Of a DNA stretch of 64,000 nt, positions 56,356-64,000 are shown one piece after another. The number at the start of each line of letters is the position of its first letter. Position 1 is the first letter of the stretch. Made by a program: the position numbers and the translations under genes. The stretch lies in the NCBI GenBank assembly GCA_028534125.1, contig CM052817.1, positions 68,636,001 through 68,700,000 of the forward strand. Reading direction: 5' to 3'. The stretch comes from Lama glama (taxonomy: Eukaryota). A model generated the notes under the pieces. It saw only the letters and a program-made list of their open reading frames with translations, made no database searches and was not told where the DNA came from.

Positions 56356-58415
56356 TTGTGAACATTATCATCTGTGAGAAACTCTGTGTATATTAGCAAA
56401 TTAAAAGCTCTAAGAAGACTAAGGAATCTTAAAGTTTTGAAATTCGGCAGATACTCAATGTAAAATTGAAAATCACTGTGGAGTAGTTGGCACACAGTGA
56501 TGAAATGAGCTCTGGGTTGAATGGTAAAATATTTGTCTGAGCTTTAAGCAACAATGTTGTTAAACTAGCACTATTGTCCTAAACATAACCTCTTTAAAAA
56601 ATATTTTTCCAGTTTTCTGTTTCCCTCACTTGTCAAAAGCTAATACAAACAACATGTTTAATTTTGCTCTCTACTATAAACCTGGTACATGGACCAAAAT
56701 CAGGGACCATAAGTAAAATTGGGAACATAAACTTAAGTTTATAGGACCCTGACAGGTGATATAAATGGACTTATAAGGAATGGTGATGTCTGTTTTGCTT
56801 TGCATGCACATTCCGTTGTTGCAAATACTGTAAACTCTGGAACACAAAGACCCCCCCTGATCTGTGTGGTGACAGTTTATAATCCCTAAAAGAGACTAGA
56901 GTTCAGGACGAACCCTCAAGAACATCGGCATTAAAGGGAAAAGTCAAGAAAAAGAAGCCCTAAAAGATGATGCCAAGAAAGTAGGAAGTGAAATCAGGTG
57001 AAAATATCTTTATTTTATAAGTAAGAAAATGAAGCATAGAGAAGTAAAGTAACTTTACCAAGGTCACACAGCCTAGGAATGTGATTCAACCAAGATTTTT
57101 TTGGCTGTTAGTACTTTTTAAAAAAACTATGCTCTTCTGCCAGTGCTGGCAATCATCTGTGTATTAGAAGAAAACATTGACATGAACTTATGCATTCTAG
57201 TTATATTTTTAGAAAGTTTAAATGACAGTTAATTAACAAGTACTAGAAAACCTGTTTCCAGAGCTTCTAATTCTAAGAACAATAAATAGTTCTTGGCATT
57301 TGAGAAAGGTTTTGTCAACACACAGACCCAATTAGAAGTTAATCCAGAGTATCTCATAAGACATATTATAATATTGGCACATGAATAATATTGCCAAGAA
57401 ACTGATTATCTAGGAATAGAGAAAAAGTAGACACTTGTTAATAGCTGGTATGTTTTATAGTCATTCCTAAGATTTGCTTTGCCAAGAAGACTTAATTATT
57501 ACCAGAGAAATGATTGTATTAGCAAAAGATATTTGCGTTCCTCTTTTAATGAGGCTTCCTTTGTAGTGGAATTGTCATTGATATTGTGGTAGGTAAAATA
57601 GTTAAAAGTAACCTAATACATCATTATGTGATAAGTGTTATGAGTGATGATTTATGAAAACTTGGAATATTATTAATTATTAAGTAACCAACTGAGGACT
57701 TTGTTTATAAGTAATTAGAATGCAGAGCATTTTTAAGTTTCATATTCACATGATCTTGAGTTTGTGGTTAAGTGACTTTATTTTAATAGATTAATTTTAA
57801 GATAGTAGTTTTAGGTTCACAGCAACACTGAGCAGAAAGCATTCAGTGAATTTTTCTTTTTTCTCTTAAACCAGAACAATTTACATCATTCTCATAAAGC
57901 AGTTTTTTCTTGGTATTCTTGGCTAGTTGTGTGCCTCTGATAAAATGGTATGTACACTCCACTCTGGATTGCTTTGTCTTCTGAGCTAGAGCTGAGAACT
58001 GTTATATGAGTCCTTAGAAATTTAGAATGAATGTAAATATATTAATATCACCCCCATGGACTGTATACTATTATATACCATAGTAAAAGAAATCAGTGTT
58101 TGGCTTAGCCAAATTATCTAGTATATTTTTAACATCAATATCTATAATTTGTATTTTTATTATTTATTATATTTTTCACTCTTAAGAAATCATAAAAATC
58201 ATACCTAAGGATCTAGAAAATATCTTGCCATTATGTAACCCACTATACTGTGAGCTTCTTGAAAGTTAGAATTATGTATATCCTGTTTTTTTTTGTTGTT
58301 GTTGTTCTCCAAATTTTGTTCGGTACTTGACATATAGTAAGTTAGGTATGTACGAAAAATCTTGCCAAGTATTATTTATGGTATCTTATTTTGCCCTATG
58401 TAAACTCTGAGATAT

Positions 58416-59018
58416 TGTTACCGAACCAGGTCCATTTGTCCAGTGAGTAGCAAGCCAAAGGCTGAGGTGACGAGGTTTATAGCCAAGAAGGAGTTTATTC
58501 ACAAGATAGCCAAGCCAGGAGAGGGGAGAATAAGTCTCAGATCTGCCTCCCTCAAGGCAAGAGGGTTGGGATGTTTATGGGATAAGCAGGATGGTCTTAG
58601 GCATGGGGATGGGAAAAGCTGATTGGAGGTAGGGATAAAGGTTAGGCAATCAGTGTTCTGTGCAGGCTCATCTGGGTTACATTTCAGCATATTGAAAATA
58701 AAGGCACTTAACATGATCCAAGGGTGGAGTTTGTCAGCCCTCTGACTTCTAGACATCATTCTTCAGACACCTGTGCAGGCCCAGTTTTAGGGTTGGTGGG
58801 TCCCACTGAGCTGACTCCAAGATTCTGTAAAACAACTGGGCTGTGTGAAGTGGGAAGGATATGCAGTTAAAGAGAGAAAAAGAAAAAAATAACTAAAGTG
58901 AGTATAGTCAATGAAAGCAGTTTATAAGCAAAGGAGTTTTAACAAGCTGTTCCCTTATCTGCTGTTCTGTAAGACAAGCTCAAGAATTTCTTCCTTTACT
59001 CTATGAGGCACAGTTTCA
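58416..59018 (-). mobile_element. ERV solo LTR (603 bp, ERV1-like), TG...CA ends, 4-bp TSD ATAT
   Basis: atat|TGTTACC...GTTTCA|atat; minus-strand AATAAA at 58494-58499 and CCCATAAA TATA-like element at about 58574-58581. Confidence 0.85.
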
Positions 59019-59044
59019 ATATATAAAGTTATCTCCATTTTGTA

Positions 59045-60012
59045 TGGGTTAAAGACCTGTATGTAAGACCAGATACTATAAAACTCCTAGAGGAAAACAT
59101 AGGCAGAACAATCTCAGACATAAATCACAGCAATGTATTTTTTGAACCAGCTCCTGGAGTAATGGCAATAGAAGCAAAAGTAAACAAATGGGATCTAATT
59201 AAACTTAAAAGCTTTTGCACAACTAAGGATGCCATCAACAAAATGAAAAGACAACCTACAGAATGGGAGAAAATATTTGTAAATGATACAACTGACAAGG
59301 GACTAATTTCCAAAATATGCAAACAGCTCATACACCTTAATACCAAAAAAAAAAAGCAACCAAATCCAAAAATGGGCAGAAGACCTAAACAAGTAGTTCT
59401 TTAATGAAGGCATACAAATGACCAATAGACACATGAAAAAATGTTCAGCATTGCTAATTGTCAGAGAGATGCAGATCAAAACTACAATGAGATATCACTT
59501 CACACCAGCCAGAATGGCTATCATTAAAAAGTCTACAAATGATAGATGCAGGAGAGGGTGTGGAGAAAAGGAAACCTTCATTCACTGTTGGTGGGAGTGT
59601 AGATTGGTACAGCCACTATGGGGGACAGTATGGAGGTTCCTTAAAAAACAAAAAATAGACTTACCATATGATCCAGCAATCCCACTCCTGGGCATATATA
59701 CCTGGAGGAAAATAAAATTCAAAAAGACACACGCACCCCAGTGTTCATAACAGCACTGTTTACGATAGCCAAGACATTGAAACATCCCAAATGTCCATCA
59801 ACAGATGACAGATAAAGAAGATGTGGTACATATATACAATGGAGTACTACTCAGCCAAAAAAAGAATAAAATAATGCCATTTGCAGCAACATGAATGGAC
59901 CTGGAGATCGTCATTCTAAGTGAAGTGGGCTGGAAAGAGAAAGAAAAATGCCATATGATATCACTTATATGTGGAATCTTACAAAGGACACAAATGAACT
60001 ACTTATTTATAA
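59045..60012 (+). mobile_element. Young L1, 5'-truncated ORF2 C-terminal part and start of 3'UTR, lacking the normal 3' end
   Basis: ORF-track peptides KWDLIKLKSFCT.K..INKMKRQPTEWEKIF and [13 protein letters not shown]...[13 protein letters not shown] are L1 ORF2; frameshifted. Confidence 0.95.
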
Positions 60013-60287
60013 CTTAGATGATTGATTTCTTGAATACGTGTAAGCACATTTGACTGTCCTTTATGATTGGATTACCGCATTCTGTTGATTCTTATTTTGT
60101 ATTTGGCTTTATTCCTTTAATGACTATGTAAGTTTAAAAGCTAAAGCTCTAATCTGTTCTTAGAAACAATAATCAGTACATATATTAAACTTAAAATTGT
60201 GCAGTATATTGTATATATGTACTTACATGCAATAGAATGAATATGTGTAGTCAAACAGTAATCTACCTAATAGAACTGAAAAGGAAA

Positions 60288-60430
60288 AAAATTATCTCAA
60301 TTTTGTAAATAAAACAGGCTCAGAAAGATTAAGTAAGTTGTTGAAGGTCACACAACTGTCAAGTCACAGAGAAGCAAAGGATAGGATTTGATCCAAGGTC
60401 TATGTGATTTACAGGTCCATGTTCTTTTTA
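60288..60430 (-). mobile_element. MIR SINE, distal half (proximal half at about 58350-58415)
   Basis: ttatctcaattttgta...aaacaggctcagaaagattaagtaagttgttgaaggtcacacaact...ggatttgatccaaggtct. Confidence 0.8.
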
Positions 60431-63056
60431 TTAAATTGCTTTTCTCTTATTACTCTTGTAATAAGTTCTCAATGTTCTATATAAGGAGAAGGAGTGGTAA
60501 TAGTATGTACCTCATGGTTGTGTGTTGATTAAATAGGTTTATATTATGAAGTGCTTAGAAAAGGACCTGGCAGCTACTAAAGAAAAATTAGGTATTATTA
60601 TTACCTAGTAATAGCTAACAGGAAATTCGAGATGGTTTCTACTATCATCCATATTTTATATGTGAATGGTTGAGTAGGATCACTGTCATCCCTCACTATT
60701 CTTGGTATTTTAAGACTTTATGGCCTATCTATGTCTTTTCCATTATCATTTCTCTCTGTTACTAACATATTTTACTAACTATGTGGGTAAGGTATGTTTT
60801 ATGTTGAACATTTTATTGGTAAAAACTGTCATGTGGATTTACTCATAAAAATGTTTAAAGCTGAACATTATACCATCTCCTACCAAACGAATTACTACCT
60901 GATCTTAACCAGCTGTAATTCTTTTTGTGTTTTTAGTTTGTGATAATAATATTTTGGTTTCACTGAGATGGCAGTCTTTTCATTTACATTTCCTAATCTC
61001 TTTACACTATTAGATAACAAAGATTCTGTTTTCTCACTTTATCACATTGTTTCCTCTTATGTGTACATATCTTTATATGTTCAGCTCATTTGTGTTTCTG
61101 TGTTTTGAAACATGGCATTCTCTCTTCCTGAACTTACACCTGTGCTTTAATACGTGTTTAAAAAGTCAAATTTTAGTTAACTCTTTTTTGCAACTGTATT
61201 TTCCAGGTAGTTAATAGGTTTACCTCAGTAAAATTATGTATTTTTTTTCTCTTAGGCTAAGATGTGTAATCTTTATTTTTGCAGATTATCGTTAGTCTTT
61301 GTTTTGAAGCTTTTTATGTGAGTCAGGATAAGAATTTCATGTTTTGCTTTATAAGCAACTTAGCTGGTATTTATGAGATGAATTTCTGGGCCTACTGTGG
61401 AATTTATGAGAACTATTTTATACTTAAATCTGTTTATTTCATATCAGTTTAGATACAAGTTTATTAGGGCTTTTTTCAAAGTATATCATTCATTTTATAT
61501 TCATCTTAGTATTACTCATTAAAATTTTCTTTGCCAGGAAATTAAAAGTTACAAATTATGCCAAATCAAATACTCATTATTTTGCTTGTTTTTGATAGCT
61601 ATATTTCACCTTTTGAATATATTTGATCATTACTGTTAGACTAAAATAGATGTCAAACTGAAAGAATGCTGTAACTAGTATATTAAAGGTTGAGAAGAGC
61701 ATAGCTTTTTTACTTTAACACTTATCATATGTCCATCTGTATTTTTCTCTAAAATTCTGGCTTTGCAGACATTTGAGGCACAACAACAGGGCATCCTGTA
61801 TTCACTTTTGGTAAAAAATTGGCAGAATTTAAAAGGTGATATCTTCATTTTCAATTTTTTGTACCTTTTTTCTTTTTTGCTCTGTATTTTTCTAAACAAT
61901 TAAATAACAGTCCTTGTAGAAAAGGAGCTTATTCCAGATTAATCCCCGTTTATATTTTCTTCATTTACTAGTAACTTTATTTTCATAGGATTAAAAAATT
62001 GCTTTCATATCATAAATTGTGAATTTTAGCATGAAGTATTTTGAGGGTTGGTTTTCTTTTTATAAAAAAAGCAAACATTTAAGTGTTCTTTGTATAAGAT
62101 GGTTATTGCCTAATTGAAATTTGTCTTATTTGTCCATTATTAGCCAATTTTTTCTTTATGAAAAAAATTTACCATTTATTGAGTGTGCATCATTTATTTA
62201 AAATCAGAAGTATTTCAGAAGTGCTTATGTCATAGTTTGAATTATAAATTGATGTTAAATTAGGTAAAAAAGAGCAATTCATAGTATTGTTAATGATTAA
62301 CCTTGTCTTTTGTCAGTGTGACTATTTTTCTTAATTGGCAGTTTGAACTTAAGTATGATAAATTAATCTCAGGATATTTGCTTATATGCATTTTTCTGCA
62401 CATTGATAATTTTTTTCTAATTTCTATGAATTAGTTTAAAGTTAAAATTCTTATTCTAATTTCTTTTACATAGGATACAGTATGATACTGACATTATTTG
62501 GGTAGGTGTATGAATAATATGGATGTTTTCCTAATTGTTGACCTTTTTCTTTTAATATTTGTTTGGCCTTCCTAATTTACTTATTTTTCCTTAAATTTGT
62601 ACATAATTAAATAAACAGTAGAAATATCCAATATACAAAAGAAAGATAGAAAGAAAGAATTCAGCAATTCTTTTTACTTTGGAACCCAGTCGTGGTGCTC
62701 GGTTATCCCTTAGTTGAAGTTATTGTTATTTTTTCCCTTAGCGTTCCCATCTTATGTCATAATAGTCTGCAGTGTTTTAAAGCTTTCTTTAAAGCTTTCC
62801 AGCCTAAAATATGGTTAAGTAGCATGTTTTCTGCTTTTTAGAAAAAAATCAATTTTCTTTTCCAAACAGAATGAGAAATTAACCTATTAATATTTCCGCC
62901 TTCTGTTTGGTCTGTTGCTCTATGTAGGAAAAATGTTTTTCATTGTTCTGTTACAGTAGAAAATGCTTTTCATTTCAGACTGCTTGTTCGTGGTGTCCTA
63001 TACAATTAATTTATTCCTTCTACAGTATAATTTATCACTTTTATTTTTTCACTTAG

Positions 63057-63081
63057 GATTTTCTGCCGTTTCTTGGCAAAA
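63057..63081 (+). other. AIMP1: AIMP1 exon 5' part: UTR for the cytosolic form, coding (M)IFCRFLAK for the upstream-AUG form
   Basis: G ATT TTC TGC CGT TTC TTG GCA AAA is open and in frame with the main ATG. Confidence 0.8.
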
Positions 63082-63190
63082 ATGGCAACCAGTGATGCTG
63101 TTCTGAAGAGACTAGAACAGAAGGGTGCAGAGGCAGATCAAATTATTGAATATCTTAAGCAGCAAGTTGCTCTTCTTAAGGAGAAAGCAA
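63082..63190 (+). CDS. AIMP1: AIMP1 (p43/pro-EMAP-II) first coding exon, MATSDAVLKRLEQKGAEADQIIEYLKQQVALLKEKA
   Basis: Translation matches the AIMP1 N-terminal coiled-coil; AAAATGG start context; acceptor ttttttcacttag| at 63056/63057, donor A|GTAAGA at 63190/63191; known TBCK-AIMP1 synteny. Confidence 0.97.
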
Positions 63191-64000
63191 GTAAGAAAAT
63201 TTAAATTTTCTAAGAGGATACTCAAAAATGAATTCATAAATTGACAGAGCAGAAAAAAATGTTTTTACGCATACATTATTACTTCACAATCTTATTGATA
63301 ACTTTTATATTCCTTTAATAATAATTTTGAGTGAAATAATATACTAGGATTAAGGTAAGTTAGAATTAGGGTAAGTGAATATATGATATTTAGAGAAAAT
63401 GTATTACTTCAAGACTACTGAAGGAAAATTAATATTTAAAATAAATTGGTATAGAATTAGAGATGAAAAATGAGGAAATTGGGTAAAATCAAGTATGAAC
63501 TAAAACATTCTCTAATCTTGTGTAGAAGAAAATATATACTTTCACATTACTCTCTGCTAAAACATTTTATGAAATGACTTTTACTATTTTTCCAATACTT
63601 TAGTTTTGCTTAGAAATTGCTATGATATGTACAAAAATATCCAATATGAATTTCTGCTTTTAGAATGTAGGTTGACTTTTGTTTTGTTTGTTTAACTGTA
63701 ATTTATTTCTCACTAGCCAATGTTAATGTAATGAAAATTCTAAAATCTTTTACCATCACTTACAGAAATAAATGCTTTTTCTCTGCTACATAAAACTGAA
63801 TGGCTTATAGAATCCTACATTTACTCTCCCCAGATTTTTCCCTTTATCAGTTTTTTTCTTAATTTTAAATACTGTTTTAATTATTTCTTTTTTTATAATA
63901 TTTTATAAGTATTTTTCTTAAGATTTTAAGTGCTTTCTTATTATTTAAAACTCTTAATATTTCTTCCCATTAATAAGAAAATATATAATATAGAGATGGA

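Noticed and set aside
59125..59785. 110-aa and 80-aa ORFs as a possible gene
   Set aside because: Frameshifted L1 ORF2 fragments and their antisense frames

Overview
Mammalian (non-primate, non-rodent, probably camelid) genomic DNA containing the head-to-head TBCK/AIMP1 locus. On the minus strand are the first nine coding exons of TBCK (ATG at 45051, down to the exon at 83-231; 931 nt in one continuous frame with GT-AG boundaries), encoding the N-terminal pseudokinase domain; the gene continues beyond the left edge. On the plus strand is the 5' end of AIMP1 (p43/EMAP-II precursor): a first-exon donor at 52246 and the first coding exon at 63057-63190. A shared CpG-island promoter lies at about 51450-52510, followed by a (GC)n tract and a composite minisatellite. 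The rest is AT-rich intron containing L1, L2, MIR, MaLR/ERV LTR and DNA-transposon relics, plus a 500-N assembly gap (24850-25349). There is no prokaryotic-type system or CRISPR array. The most notable observations are: a splice-junction-created upstream AUG giving AIMP1 a 9-aa extension; a candidate 28-nt AIMP1 micro-exon with its own in-frame AUG; a chimeric L1 plus unique-sequence insertion with a 20-bp target-site duplication nested with a solo LTR inside one MIR; and a decayed RTE-like reverse-transcriptase relic in the long TBCK intron. Repeat family names come from my recall of consensus sequences, and their boundaries are approximate unless a TSD is given.
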